A DNA stretch of 64,000 nucleotides from Eledone cirrhosa (GCA_964016885.1 OZ024742.1:296546001-296610000), one strand, 5' to 3'. Numbered from the stretch's first letter, positions 45,950 to 59,520 are shown. Program-made: numbers and translations. The notes: generated from the letters alone by a model not told the origin.

Positions 45950-46300
45950 TATTTGGGTGATGATAGGGATGACCATGATGATGTTGACAGTGGTGATGAT
46001 GAGAGTGATAATGTCGATGATGATGATGATGATGAAGATGTTGATGCTGATGTTAATGATGATGTTGATGACGACGATAATGGTGTTGGCAATTCAAAAT
46101 ATAATGACAATGTTTACAACAATAATGATAGTGGTGATAATGATAATGGTGCCAATGATGACAGTGCAGATAATGATGATGATGAAGATGATGATGATGA
46201 CAATGACAATGATAATGTTGAACATAACAATGATGCCAACTACAATATGGATAGCAACAATGATAATGATGAAGATTATAACAATACAGATGACAAACAT
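45950..46300. repeat. (GAT/AAT)n-rich low-complexity tract
   Basis: degenerate trinucleotide repeat. Confidence 0.85.
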
Positions 46301-46844
46301 GTTCAATTTGAAATAGTATCAAGCCAGTTAATTATGATATATAGGTGTCATTACAGAAGTTGTAATCCATAGCCTTACAATACTTTTGTCTAACTTAGTT
46401 AGCTGATTGGAGGTAAATGTTAGTGCTTACACTGTCAAACAAAATTGTTTCGGCTAAGTGTCTATAGAGAGAACATAAGGAATTGTAAAGAAATTCAGTT
46501 TTAAGGAAATAGAATGAAGCAAAGAATGTATAGAATGTAAAAGTAATAAGAAGCCAAATGAATGTATGAATATCTTGTTCTATTTCAATGGAGATCTAGA
46601 CAGAGAATCATGAGGTATTGATGTCATTATAACAGTAATACAATGTGATAGATATCAGACTCTATTACAGTGGTTCCCAAATAGTTTGCCATTGATTTTT
46701 ATAAATATAACTTAAGGTTTTAGAAAATACATAGGAGTTAATCTTATTGTTAATCTTATTGTTATATTTGGGGGGTGTCATGTTGTCCTAATATTATCAA
46801 AAAATAGTAAAACACTCACTGTTTGGTTTGGTTTGGTTTTCACT

Positions 46845-47123
46845 AGGAGTCACAACAAAAAGCGCCCAGTCCACACTGTAAATTGGTCATGTTGGTGCCC
46901 CATCTATGCTGTAAAGTAGTCATGTAGGTGCCATTACAAAAAGCACCCAGCACACACTGTAAATGTGGTTGGCATTAGGAAGGGCATCCAGCCATAGAAA
47001 CCAAGCCAAAATCTCTCTGTGTGAGTGAAACACGGTCCTCCGACCTGATCTCTCACAAAGGGACAGACCGTCCTACCCATGCTAGTGTGGAAAATGGATG
47101 TTAAACAATGATGATGATGATGA
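46845..47123 (+). mobile_element. RTE 3'UTR copy inserted in a repeat (46760-47520) homologous to 56330-56900
   Basis: cacactgtaaa units and (GAT)n tail; flanks rejoin to match 56395-56500. Confidence 0.7.
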
Positions 47124-47759
47124 CTTCCATACATAATTAGCTGGTAATCAATGTTTATCATTGATTGACCAACAGTTAAATATAAATATAGATATAATTT
47201 CTTAAATTCTTTCATCACACATTTCTTCAGTGATTATCATTGGGTTTCAATAACGTTTTTTTGTTGTCACTGTTTGCGCATGTTTGTATCTGGGCCTGCG
47301 AGTGTTGATGTGTTTATATTCCTAATTTTCTTTAAAAGAAACAGGAAATTCAGAGATGTATTTATGGATTACTATAGGATAATGTGTTGGTGTGTTGCTT
47401 ATTTTGTTTGTGGAGGTATTAGTGTTGGTAGTATATGTGTGTGTAGTTTAGTCCATGTCTATCTTAATGAGTATTGCCAAAGGTTGAGGGTGTATGAATG
47501 TGTGCATGTTGGGGTAGCAGACTAGAAAAATTAACTGCTGGTGTTAATATAGTTGACTAAATCAAGATGGTACCTCACCATATCAGCAGTTTAATGGCTG
47601 ACAATAGCAAAAGAATATATATATTGGAAGATTTATTCTTCAGAAAAGTTTGAACAATGATATGAGTTTAATTGATTGGACATATCAATTCTATTAATAA
47701 TGTTGGTCTAATAAATTGTTTTAGGTAATCCAAATATTTATTAAAGTTATTCTAATTAA

Positions 47760-48340
47760 TATTCAAGTTAAATTATCATGTTAGTTTAACTAATTTTTAA
47801 GTTCAATTAATTAGTTGTTATTTCATTGTATCAATAATCAAGTTAGATTAGTTGATTTTAACTGATTAATTGCATTAATTTAATTAATTGATCATGTCAG
47901 TTTAATTGGTTAATTAGTATGTTAGTTTAATCAATTAATCATGTTAATTTAAGTAATCAGTCATGTTTGTATAATTAATTAGTTGTGTTTGTTTAGTCAA
48001 ATTAGTTTAACCCTTTAACATTTAAACCAGTTGTATCTGGCCAGAATTCTCTCACCTCTTTCTGTTCAAACTGGCTGTAACTAGCTGCTTATATTTATGC
48101 TAAGGTATTGTTCTCAAAATAAATGACATCAAAATCTCATAGATTTGGTATTATGTGAGATAAAGTGTTTACCATGAAAATATAATAGTAAATATAGAAT
48201 AATACAAATCCTAAAGGGTTAATAAATTAACGATGTTAGTTTGATCAATTGGTCATATTTCTTTCATCAATTAGTCATATTAATTAAATTAATCAAGCAT
48301 GTGGTATCAATTGAATAATTGTGTTATATCAACATATTAT
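47760..48340. repeat. degenerate ~22-bp AT-rich minisatellite (aattagtcatgttagtttaatc-like)
   Basis: recurring units on both sides of the MITE at 48011. Confidence 0.55.
48011..48218 (-). mobile_element. piggyBac-type MITE family A
   Basis: TTAA|CCCTTTA...TAAAGGG|TTAA. Confidence 0.88.
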
Positions 48341-48957
48341 GTTATGGGTATTCCCAAAACTGAAGTGAACCAGACATGCACTCGGTTCAATGTGATCAAC
48401 TTCCCCTCAGAGTGACCTGTTTGAATTACAAGCTATTGTTGAGTTTTACAGCAACTGTAATACTGTTAGTAAGACTTTAAAACAGTTTCTAATTATTTTA
48501 ACTGTAATACAGTTTATTATGATTATAATACAGTTTACTATTACCAAAATAGTAATACAGTATACTATATACTGTAACTGTAATGCTGAGTACTATAACT
48601 GTAATAGTATTAATGTGTACTATAAGTGCAATAGTGTTATTAAAACTATAGCAGTAAACTATTTACTGTAACTATAACTAACGTCTAATAATATTACACT
48701 AACTAGGGTGAGGGCAAAGACCCTCTTTGGTCATGAGTGACAGTGGGATTTGTACCAAGAATGTTTCCCTCTGAGGAAAATCAGTTTCCCCCCTCCATGC
48801 AACTGATGTTTTTCAAGGCAAAGGCTAAGGCCAATCCAGCTTGGCATCAGTGATGTCGCAACCCATTTCTGCAGCTGAGTAAAGTGGAGCAATGTGAAAT
48901 AAAGGGTCTTGCTCAAGAACACACACACAGTCCAATCCAGGAATCAAACTCACAACT

Positions 48958-49455
48958 AATATTAAGGATCAGCAAAAAGGAGAATATCTATGAAGAACTA
49001 ATAAGGAATCTGCAGATACTCCACCCTGACTATACCTTCAGATTTATGCCTGTGATTATTGGGGCACTGGGATATGTTAGTAATGGCCTCAGTTCAAATC
49101 TTGAGCAGCTGGGCTTCACAGAACCAGAAAGAACATGACTAGTTAGGAAATTATAAGTACAATCCATTAATGGAACAGTAAATATATGTAAAACATTACA
49201 AAAATTCTGCATCTAATAACTCCATATTCACATGTACAGATAAAAACATATGCACATGCATGCATATAACTCAAAATATACACATCCACACATACAATAA
49301 CATTCATGCCAGCACACACATGCACACGTGCAGCCATGCATACATATCTACCTAGTTGATGTTGCCTAAATTCCAATGAAAGAGTCTTGTGTTTGTTAGA
49401 AACTGACTCTCTCTGTCTTGGTAAAAGTTTATAAAATCATAAAACCAGAAGCTCA
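48958..49455 (+). mobile_element. RLE-type (R4/Dong-like) LINE 3' fragment
   Basis: KKENIYEELIRNLQILHPDYTFRFMPVIIGALG..GTVNICK. Confidence 0.6.
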
Positions 49456-50234
49456 TACATACACACATACATACATATACATACATATACATACATATAC
49501 ATACATATAGTTTTAGCTTGCCAAATTTCATTCACATGGCATTGGTGAACCTGAGGCTATATGTAGAAAAAACATGTCCATGCTACCAAACACCTGTTTA
49601 ATATCATATCTCATGTATTTGCACAATAGTATATATATTTTTCATATTGTTCATGTTAATATCTTCTACATATTGGTGTCTGTCTCTAGTATTAACTAGA
49701 AATGTGGTCTCCATTCTTACAGGAAATATATTTCTCAAATATACATGAATATTTTAATACACATTATTCCAAATCTATTAATTTTTGCATTTTCATTGCA
49801 AATATTGAAAACAAAGATATTAGTATTAACATCTGCTCTTGGTAGGGAAGATTACCTTTCTAGAGTCTGCAAAATCATTATCATATTGAAGTAAATTTAA
49901 CTACTTCTCATTTATATTGGTATGTAGTATAGTTATTGTTGTATTGCATACATCAACATGATGATGATGATCATCATCATTTTATGTTAACTTTCAATGC
50001 TGGCATTGGTTAGATAGTTTACTGTCCAATTCATTACTTATGCAGAGTTATTGCTTTCCATGGCAGGCCAGGAGATCCCAACAAGCTCATACATTCCTAT
50101 TGTAGCTTGATTTGTACAGCTGGATGTCTTTCTTAACAACTACCAGTTTTGTGGATACATTTTATTGAAGCTCTAGCACTAAAGGCGTATATCTGTCTTT
50201 CTTTCTGTCTGATTATCTGTCTGTCTATCACTCT

Positions 50235-51208
50235 GTTGAGCTACCTGTTTATACCTCGAGTGCCTTCTGGCGCTCACAGCCCTCTACCAGGTGGAAAGGG
50301 TAATCAGCAGAGACTCCACTTCGACATTCTATAGGGGATTAGTGGAGGATAAGCGCAACATGTTTTCGGGGAAACTCTAGGCATTGAAGAGGACGAACTG
50401 ACCAGTCTGTTCAGGAGGACATTCCATGCAGGGCCTATGGATAACTTCCAGAGGTCTCTGGCCTGGCAGTGCTACCAAGGAGCTCTACCAGTTCAAAACA
50501 AGATCTACAGGCACGGATGCCTTGGCAGAGATCCTGTCAAAAAGACCTGTCCAAGATGCGAGCAGGACATTGAAACTGTGCTGCACGCAATTGTTCAGTG
50601 CCCAGGGGTGACTAACCTGTGAAATTATGTCGAACAGCTGCTGTCACACGTGGGACGCATCCAGTTGTCAGCTGAGTCTATTGTGAGGATAACCCCGCCG
50701 CCTTCATTTAAGAACGAAGGAGAAGCAGTTTTCCTCTGTCTGGTGAATATGGCGAAAGAGGTAATATGGTGGACGAGCTTAAAAGGACTGAGGGTTTGCC
50801 CTCTGGACAACAACTTATCCCCTTCTTTAAGTACCACTTCAGAAGGAAGGTGAGAGTGGAGAGAGAGGTGCTACACCCCCAGTAAATTCACTGAAAGGTG
50901 GGTGAATGTGGCGAAAATGGCCAGAGTGAATGGGCCTTCTCTGTATATAAACCTGTAGGTTGAGGAAGACAAACAGAGGGAAGATGGGAACACCTACAAA
51001 ATGTGCTCCTGGTGTTGAGGGTTGTTCTATCCACGAGGCTTAGAACAACCCCAGAGTAGCGTTCCACCCCATTGGGGATTTCAATTGTTTTATTTTGTAT
51101 ATATTTTATTGTTATCCATTATTATTGTTAAATATTTTATGTAAAACCCATGCCGTCACGTCTTGTAATGTCCTATGTTTGTACGCCCCTGTGGCAAATA
51201 AAGAAACA
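50235..51208 (+). mobile_element. Tx1/L1-clade LINE 3' fragment
   Basis: NFQRSLAWQCYQGALPV..CPRC..ETVLHAIVQC; homologous to 40316-41270; ends gcccctgtggcaaataaagaaac in a (TCTA)n tract. Confidence 0.88.
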
Positions 51209-52083
51209 TATCTATCATCTATTTATTTATCTATCTATCCATCCATCTAATCTATTGTAACCTAATCCATATATCTATCCATCTATCAAAGAATAAATAA
51301 ATGATAAATAATAAAAAATTAATAAATAAACAATAACCAATAAATAAAAAAAGATATCTATCTACATACCTACCTATTTATCTATCTATCTACATACCTA
51401 TCCACCTATTTACTTATCACAATTATTATAACATGCAATGTAAAAGCCAAATAGATCACAGTTCAAAATTATTATCTTATCCAGTAAGAAACGTAACAGT
51501 CTTATTCTTCACTGTCTTGTTGCATCATATCAAGCATTATCACCCTCGTTTAGAGACTTGTAAGTTTTACCTTGCAATAAAATAACTTGTAGTTCCAGAC
51601 AATTCCTTGTTTAGGTGAACACTTATCTTCTCTTATTTTAACTTATATATATAGACATTTAAACTTACCAAATTTTATTCCAGTGGCTGTGCAGTATCAA
51701 GGGAGAGTGTTTAATGATAACTGTATTTTCATATACATGTATTATCAACATCATCATCATCACTATTATTTCACATCTGTTTTCTCTGCTAGCAAAGATT
51801 TAACAGGTTGCCACAGTCCTAGTTTGTACTTAACTTGTGTTACTAACCCCTCAGACAGACCAGGAGTGACATCATACAAACATTCCTGCATTCTACAGAG
51901 TGCACTGTATGCATGTATTAGTTATTTTATTCTTTTACTCTTTTACTGGTTTCAGTCATTAGACTGCGGCCATACTGGAACACTGCTTTATAAGGATACT
52001 AGTTGATACCACCTCTAATATATATTTTATCAAATCCAGTACTTATTTTATCATTATCTTTTTTGACAAACTGTTATAGGAGA

Positions 52084-52266
52084 TAATTGTTTCTACTTTA
52101 GGCACAAGGCCAGCAATTACCCAGTGCATTACTGGTACTTTATTTTATCGATCCCGTAAGGATGAAAGGCAAAGTCAACCTCGGCAGGATTTGAACTCAG
52201 ATTGTAAAGGGACGTAACTATGCTGGAAAGCATGGCGTCCAACCCTCTACCAATACTGCCAATCCA
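52084..52266 (-). mobile_element. tRNA-SINE family M
   Basis: near-identical to 12052-12233; short flanking repeat agataat. Confidence 0.9.
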
Positions 52267-52966
52267 GATAATGACAGATACATACACAATTATAAACATA
52301 GACAAAAACACACACATGCACTCACTAAGATAGACACACACACGTACACATACTGACACACATATACAGACACACACGCACACACATATAGCCACATGAA
52401 TACAGGCACACATACATATTGAAACACACATATTTAGACATACACATATAGACACACTCATAGACAGCCCCATCACACAAACACACAGTTTCTCTACCAC
52501 TTTGGGAGTCCCTAGTTTAAACCCTCTCATTCTATTCCCAATTATTCAGTAGTTTAGCCTTATCACTGATATCTTTATATTTTTCTCCAAGAACACTGAA
52601 CACTTATTTTCTCATCTGGTAGACATTTTATATTTACATTAAATATTCTTTCTTTGCTATTATATATAGTCGTCTCTCCTGCAAACATTAGTCAATACTT
52701 TTGATTCTCCACTATTCAATTTTCAGAAGAATTATCATAAAATCAAACAAATAAAAAAAAGGTTGATTTTTTTTATGGGAATATGAACGTATTTATTCCT
52801 TTGTGCGTGTCTTTTGATCTAAGATTTTATATCTCCCAGTAGTCTTGTTCTATCATGTTTAAAATTCTTTCACTACAATTTTAATCTAATGTTCCCTGAC
52901 ATTAAAATAGAATGGAAAAAGTTTAGTAAGTGTGCAACTCAGATGCATGAAAACACATTTTAAGAA

Positions 52967-53006
<40 letters not shown>

Positions 53007-53809
53007 TCATCGTTTAACATCTGTTTTCCCTGCTAGCAAGACCTGCTTACAGACCTCCCAGGCACACTAGGGTCTGCATCTTGCTTATGTGTGGTCTCAT
53101 ATTCTAACGAATGCACCAGCACAAGGGAAGCTGTCATGTTCTTCACACAAGTGAAGTGTCCTCCCAGCTGTTTGATTGGCAAGCTTTCTACAGTGGGATG
53201 TTTTTCAACAACCATTTTACAGCATGTACTAGATGAATTTATAATGCAGATCACCAACACTAGAGAGGCTGCCAAGCTGTGTCACAACTAAAAAGTCCTT
53301 TCAACTATTTTTAGGTATGGTTTCTATACCAGAGAGCCTTCCTTGCCATCAACCACCTTGCAAAGTATACAGGGTGCATTTTTGTAGCACCAACACCAGA
53401 GAGATTGTTGGTCCTTGTCCCATCAGAAGAGTTTTCTCTTCTCTGTATGGGATGGATGGGAGCAAGAGGAGAAGGGAGATAAGAATGAAGTTATGGCAAG
53501 TGGGGTGAGATTTAACAAGGTGATGAGTAGGAAAGGGAAGGGGTGACTTTGATAGCATAGTGGAAGTGCGTGTGGTGGTGAAAACACCTAAGCAGAGATA
53601 GTGGAGGCTATGATGGCGGTGTGGATGCTTTGGTCAATAGTGCAAAGTGGAAGTGTAGTGATGGAGAGAATAGTTAAGGAGGTAAACATAAACCACACTT
53701 AGTTCTGCATCATTTATAAAGTTTGAGAGAGTTAATAATGGACCTTTCAAACAAGTATGCAGCATTAGATTTATTTAAATCCCAAATGAAATGTACAAGA
53801 GAAGGAGAA

Positions 53810-54563
53810 CCTTTAGCATTCACATTACTCTATATAAACTATTGTATTTTGACAGTAAATGCTTTACCTCACATAATTATCTCACAGATCATCGAATCTA
53901 TGATTTGGATATTACTTACTTTGAGAACAATACCTTAACGTCAGTATGAGTGGCTGGTTACAGTTGGTTTGAACAGAAAGACTTTATCATTGCAAAGCAC
54001 ACTTCTTAACCATTCAGTCATGCTGTTTAACCTTTTAGCATTTACATTACTCTATATTTACTATTATATTTTCACAGTAAATTGTTTCACAGTAAATTAT
54101 CTCACATAATATCGATTCTATGAGATTTTGATATTATTTATTTTGAAAACAATACCTTAACATCATTATGAGTGCCCAGTTACAGCCATTATGAGTGCCC
54201 GGTTACAGCCATTATGAGTGCCCAGTTACAGCCATTATGAGTGCCCAGTTACAGAAAGAGGTGAGATAATTCTAGATGGATATGGCTGGTTTAAATGCTA
54301 AAGGGTTAAAACAATGTAAATTTGTAAAAAAATCACACCTTCACCCTTTAGCATTCACATTACTCTATATATACTATTAAATTTTCATGGTAAAGGCTTT
54401 AGCTCACATAATTATCTCACATAATATAGAATCTATGAGTTTTTGAAAGTATTTATTTTGAGAACAATACCTTAACATCAGTTTCCGCAACCCGTTACAG
54501 CCAGTTTCAACAGAAAGAGGTGGAGAATTCTGACCGGTTTGGGCCGGTTTGAACATTAAAGGG
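53810..54563 (+). mobile_element. three consecutive piggyBac-type MITE family A copies (53810-53980, 54031-54305, 54344-54563)
   Basis: TIRs and TTAA flanks; middle copy has 4x 23-bp cattatgagtgcccagttacagc. Confidence 0.85.
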
Positions 54564-55283
54564 TTAACAGGGTTAGAAGTAGCTTTAATACAGTAATTAG
54601 TGATTTTATGTGTAGTTATTTTACACTGATAAACAGTAAATTATGGTTATGCTCTGAAAAAATGTGACCCGCAAGGGGAAGAAAAAAATGATTTTCCCAC
54701 AAGTTTGAAATTGGAAAGTACTGCCATTATGTGAATAGCAAAAACAAAAACAAAGAAATAGAAAGAATGAAATGATACATAATTGATGGAGCAGTCATGG
54801 GAAAACTGTGGCCCATGAATTGCATGTGACCTGTTTGGCTTTCTGAATGGCACGCCTAATTTCAAAATTGGCTTGAATTTCTTAGTAGTGCAGCTCGCTT
54901 TATGATGAGCCACATCCTATGCAGCACACTACTCGGAAAACGTTGCCCATGCCTGTGATAGAAGATAGTGTAAAAAAAGAATATACAGGTTTTCCATGTA
55001 TACAAAAAAAAAGTGTAGGAAAGTGTTTAAGTAACTTTTCACCTCCTTAATCACATTGATATAATATAAATCTTCATAATTTGTACTGCTGACATTTAAG
55101 AATATGAAATATGTAAATTGATCAATTTAATTATACTAACTACTTCATTAATTTTCTACAACAGAAAAAACGAATATAAAAACAGAATTCTTTCCACCTT
55201 GACTGCAACCAATAAATAAATAAATAAATAAATGCTGTATAATAGCAGTCACTTAATTCTATGCTCCTTTTTCTTTTCCTTCA

Positions 55284-55327
<44 letters not shown>

Positions 55328-55494
55328 AGACAAACCACAACAGAAACACAAACCCTCCATTTTAATTTTACTTTTGAAAATCATAAGAACTGTGAAACCA
55401 GTAAATAAATAAATAAATATTCTTAAAAGACTCCAGTTGTATTTTCAATTTCTTTTCTTTATGAATATATATGTATATCAAGATCGTTGGTGCT

Positions 55495-55875
55495 ATGCAG
55501 TAATACAGAAGACCCGCCTTGTAGGCACCTCTTAATCCAATGTACACCCTACACCCCCTACACCTCCCTCCCACACTGTCCTTACTCTGTGAAGTTATGT
55601 TGGTACCACAAAACACTGTAAAGTGGTCGTGTAGGTGTCACGTCAAGAAGCACCCAGTCCACACTGTAAAATGGTCATGTAGGAGACACGGCAAAAAACA
55701 TCCAGCACACACTGTAAATGTGGTTGGCGGTAGGAAGGTCATCTAGCTGTAGAAAACCAGCCAGAAACAGTCCTATACTAGTGAGACACAGTCACCTAAA
55801 CAAACTTGCCTCAAATGGAACAAACCCATCTAACCCATGCTAGCGTCGAAGATAGATGTTAAATGATGTAATGAT
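55495..55875 (+). mobile_element. RTE 3'UTR copy
   Basis: same architecture as 30868-31247. Confidence 0.8.
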
Positions 55876-57049
55876 ATATATTTATTCACAAAAGCATGGA
55901 TTAGATAAGTTGTTCCATTGTGAGACAAGCCATACAGAACTGATTTTGGCTTGGTTTTTATGGCTGGATGCTCTTCCTAATGCTAACTACATTTATAGTG
56001 TGTCCTTGGGGATGGGTTGGGGGAGGTGCATGGGGATTGGAGAGGTAGATCTAGGGTGGGATGTAGGGATGTGGGTGAAGGACGGGGTGTTAGGACATGA
56101 CAGAATGTTAGGACGAGAGTGGAGTATGTAGTGTTAAGATGTCGGAGGTGAATGAAGGAGGAGTGGAAAGTGGTGCATACTAGATATATACTTCAACCCC
56201 TGCACATGGGAAGGTGGATCATCAGCATAATGCGATAAAGATACAGAAGCGAAAACCAATCCAAACCAAACAGTGTGGGCGTTTTATCATTATTTCTGGC
56301 AATATTATAACAATATATATATATATATATTGTTATACTTGGGGAGGGTCATATTGTTGTAATAATATTGCCAGAAATAATAACAGAACACACTCACTGT
56401 TTGGTTGGTTTTTGCCTCTGTATCTTTTATATCTCCATAGTTAATTTATTTGGCAATCAATGTTTATTATTGATTGACCAACGGTTAAAAATACAGATAT
56501 AAATATATATATATATATAGTCTAACAAAGTTCTTTCATTGCACATCTGCAACATCATCAGTGGTACTATTATGTTGCCTCCTATTGTATTGTAATGTCT
56601 AAGTCATTTTTATTTCATTTGTTTATTTATTTATTTATTCTTGTCTCTGTGCATGCGTTTGCATGTGTGTATAGTGTTTGGTGTGTGTGTTCGCGTTTGA
56701 GTGTGTGTTTTGTTTTTGTATTCTATCTTTGTTCACTAGTGTGTGTTTATATGTGTTTGTTGTTTTGTACTTGTGTATATATCTATTTATTTATATTTCC
56801 CTTAAGTCAGTATTGTTTGATTGGGTATGGTTGTTGTCATTCCATTCATTTTTTCTGTTTAACTTTGCTCTTCTTTGCTCTATCTCAGTTGCTTCTCTGA
56901 TTTGCCTACCTGTTGAGTCATTTCTATGTTTAGATATTATTTTAATTTCTATGTTGTCTATATTACCATCCTGTCTGTGTCTGGCATGTTCGTATAGTAC
57001 TGAACTTTTTTTTTGTCCTTTTAGTTCCCCAGTGTATAAATGTATATAT

Positions 57050-57665
57050 CATCATCATCATCATCATCAACGTTTAACGTCCGTGTTCCACGCTTGCATG
57101 GGTTTGGACGGGGGTTTTCCAACTTGAGGCAAGAGTGATTGTCTTGCTCGCATAGGGCTGTCTGGCAGGTTTTCTACAGTTGGATGCCCTTCCTAACACC
57201 AACCACATTTACAGTGTGGGTCTGGAAGGTTTTTACCGTGTTGCCTACACGGCCACATTACAGCGTGGACTGTGTGTTTTTTTGTCATGACACCTACACG
57301 ATCTCATTTGTTTCGGCCTGGATGGTGTGGCACCAACATAACTTTACATAGAAGGGGGCGGTGTGGATGGGGTGGGGGTGGTAGGACGGGGGTGTATTTT
57401 GTTAGAGATGCCTACTGACTGTAGTAGGTTTTACTATGTATTTAGGTAAGGCGGGTCTTTTCTATTACTGAGTACCGCCAAAGGTCTCGGTCCAGTGACA
57501 TTGTCTTGGAGAGGTGTAAGTGTGTGAGGTCGGAGTTTATCAGCTCGTCCCAGGTTTTTCTAGGTCTGCCTATTCCGTGGCTACCGTCTATCTTTATTGC
57601 CCTGCACTTTGTTATACAGCTATCGACTTTCATGCGCATCACGTGTCCATACCAACGTAGCCTTA
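57050..57665 (-). mobile_element. RTE LINE 3' end: ORF C-terminus plus full 3'UTR
   Basis: RLRWYGHVMRM..GRPRKTW..DRDLWR*, then UTR with cacactgtaaa units and (GAT)n tail. Confidence 0.88.
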
Positions 57666-57693
57666 TATATGTATATATATATATAGAGAGTTA

Positions 57694-57724
<31 letters not shown>

Positions 57725-58043
57725 CAGTTCAAGAGTAAACCAATCTTAAATAGAGAGATAGAAGTAGGATAGGAGAGATTGGTGATGGTGTTAGAAACCA
57801 AAGCTTAAAAGCGGGTGCTCGATGTGCAATTTGCAGTGGAAAGCTGTTGGATAACTGGATTCATTTCTATATTAAACTGCACTTAATGGTGATACTCTGT
57901 GACTAATGTCTTCTATGTGAATTTGTAGATTTGATTTGCTTAACTACTGAATATATATATATATAACCCATGCAAGCGTGAAAAATAGACGTTAAACGAT
58001 GATAATGATATATGTATATATGTGTATATATATGTATATCTAT

Positions 58044-58540
58044 GTAATAAAAACAAATCTTCGCTCTACATGGCTGAATACAATAAATGTAATCTGAGTT
58101 TTTCAAATAATAATAATATTCGATTCGTTTGCAATTATGCAAACAAGCCACATTTTAAAAGCCATGTCAGTAGAATGAGCCCCTCATTCTTGCTCTTGTG
58201 TTGGCATGTAAACAGGACTGCAGACACTAATGGTTATCACCCTTCATCAGTTCAGTTCAATGTTACCCTGCCAACTGTCAGAGCTAGTGAAATATATGCT
58301 ATTTTCTAAAATATACAGTGACTGATCAGCCTGATTTGCATATTAGCAGACTGGCTGATCAGTCAGATCTGCATATTAGCAGATTCACTGATCAGCATGA
58401 GATGATTCTGCTGACATGACTTTAAAAAATGAGGCTTGTTTGCATAATTGCAAACGAATTGAATATTATTATTAATATTTGAAAAACTCAGATTACATTT
58501 ATTGTATTCAGCCATGTAGAGCAAAAATTTGTTTCTATTA
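58044..58540. repeat. inverted repeat, ~135-bp arms, unclassified
   Basis: 58044-58176 versus 58405-58540. Confidence 0.8.
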
Positions 58541-58656
58541 TTTGAATGTGGCAAAGCTGGCCATTGATTGTTCGAATACAGGAAACTGACTGGCCAGTCT
58601 GCTGATATGCAAATGTGGCTGATCAGTGGATCTACAAATATGCATATAAATGTATC

Positions 58657-58687
<31 letters not shown>

Positions 58688-58689
<2 letters not shown>

Positions 58690-58982
58690 CATAAAACATG
58701 TCTATAGAATCACCAGATAAAATATATACCATTTTCTCTCCCAATTAGCATAATTGTTGGAGATTTCTTCATAGAAGCCTTTGTTCTTATAGCTTGGTCT
58801 AATCGATTTTTTATATGGTTAATTATGCTAATTGGGAGAGGAAATGGTATATATTTTATCTGGTGATTCTATAGACATGTTTTATGATATATAGCACTGA
58901 TTAATTAATTTATTAACTCTTCATTGAGCCACAAAGTGACCTGTTGCAAAACACATATGTATATATATATATATATGTAAAC

Positions 58983-58988
<6 letters not shown>
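58688..58988 (+). mobile_element. short fold-back element of the 33406-34365 family
   Basis: arms 58688-58755 and ~58822-58890 plus tail; (TA)n flanks. Confidence 0.8.
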
Positions 58989-59026
<38 letters not shown>

Positions 59027-59028
<2 letters not shown>

Positions 59029-59222
59029 TCATTCATTTTACATCTGCTTTTTCTCTGCTTGCAAGGGTGGGATGGGAACTGATTCTGGCTTGATTTCTAC
59101 AGCTGGATGCCCTTCTTAACACCAACCTCATTTATAGTGAGTGCTGGGTGCTTTTTTGCCGTGGCACCTCCACGACCACTTTGCAGTGGAATGATATGGA
59201 CCCCAGTCCCTATCATCTCATT
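59027..59222 (-). mobile_element. ~200-bp RTE-tailed short element
   Basis: near-identical to 22010-22216. Confidence 0.8.
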
Positions 59223-59240
59223 GATATATATATATATATA

Positions 59241-59520
59241 TAGTTATGTAATAAACAGCATAAGATAATTATTTCATTTACCAGGGGTTTCTTGAAGGCA
59301 GATGTTCAGATGGTATATCTGTCTTCAGTCGTCAGAATGAATAAATAGCATGGTGTTATTTATTCATTCTGACGACTGAAGACAGACATAACATCTGCCT
59401 TCAAGAAACCACTGGTAAATGAAATACTTATCTTATGTTGTTTATTACATAACTAATAAGCTCTGTAGCCTACATAGAGCACTCTTTTTTCCTGTACCTT
59501 TCCAACGGAAACACTTCATT
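59241..59520 (+). mobile_element. fold-back PLE terminal-repeat element with two opposed hammerheads
   Basis: arms 59241-59348 and 59356-59455, tail to 59520, (TA)n on both sides. Confidence 0.85.
59363..59423 (+). ncRNA. type I hammerhead ribozyme
   Basis: ttcatt-CTGACGA-[tgaagacaga/tctgccttca]-GAAACC-act-GGTA-aatgaa; mirror copy at 59273-59341 (-). Confidence 0.82.

Noticed and set aside
45922-46372. Asp/Asn-rich ORF
   Set aside because: (GAT)n-type low complexity
54600-54960. Non-repetitive-looking stretch, possible regulatory or conserved element
   Set aside because: Nothing in the sequence alone supports a function
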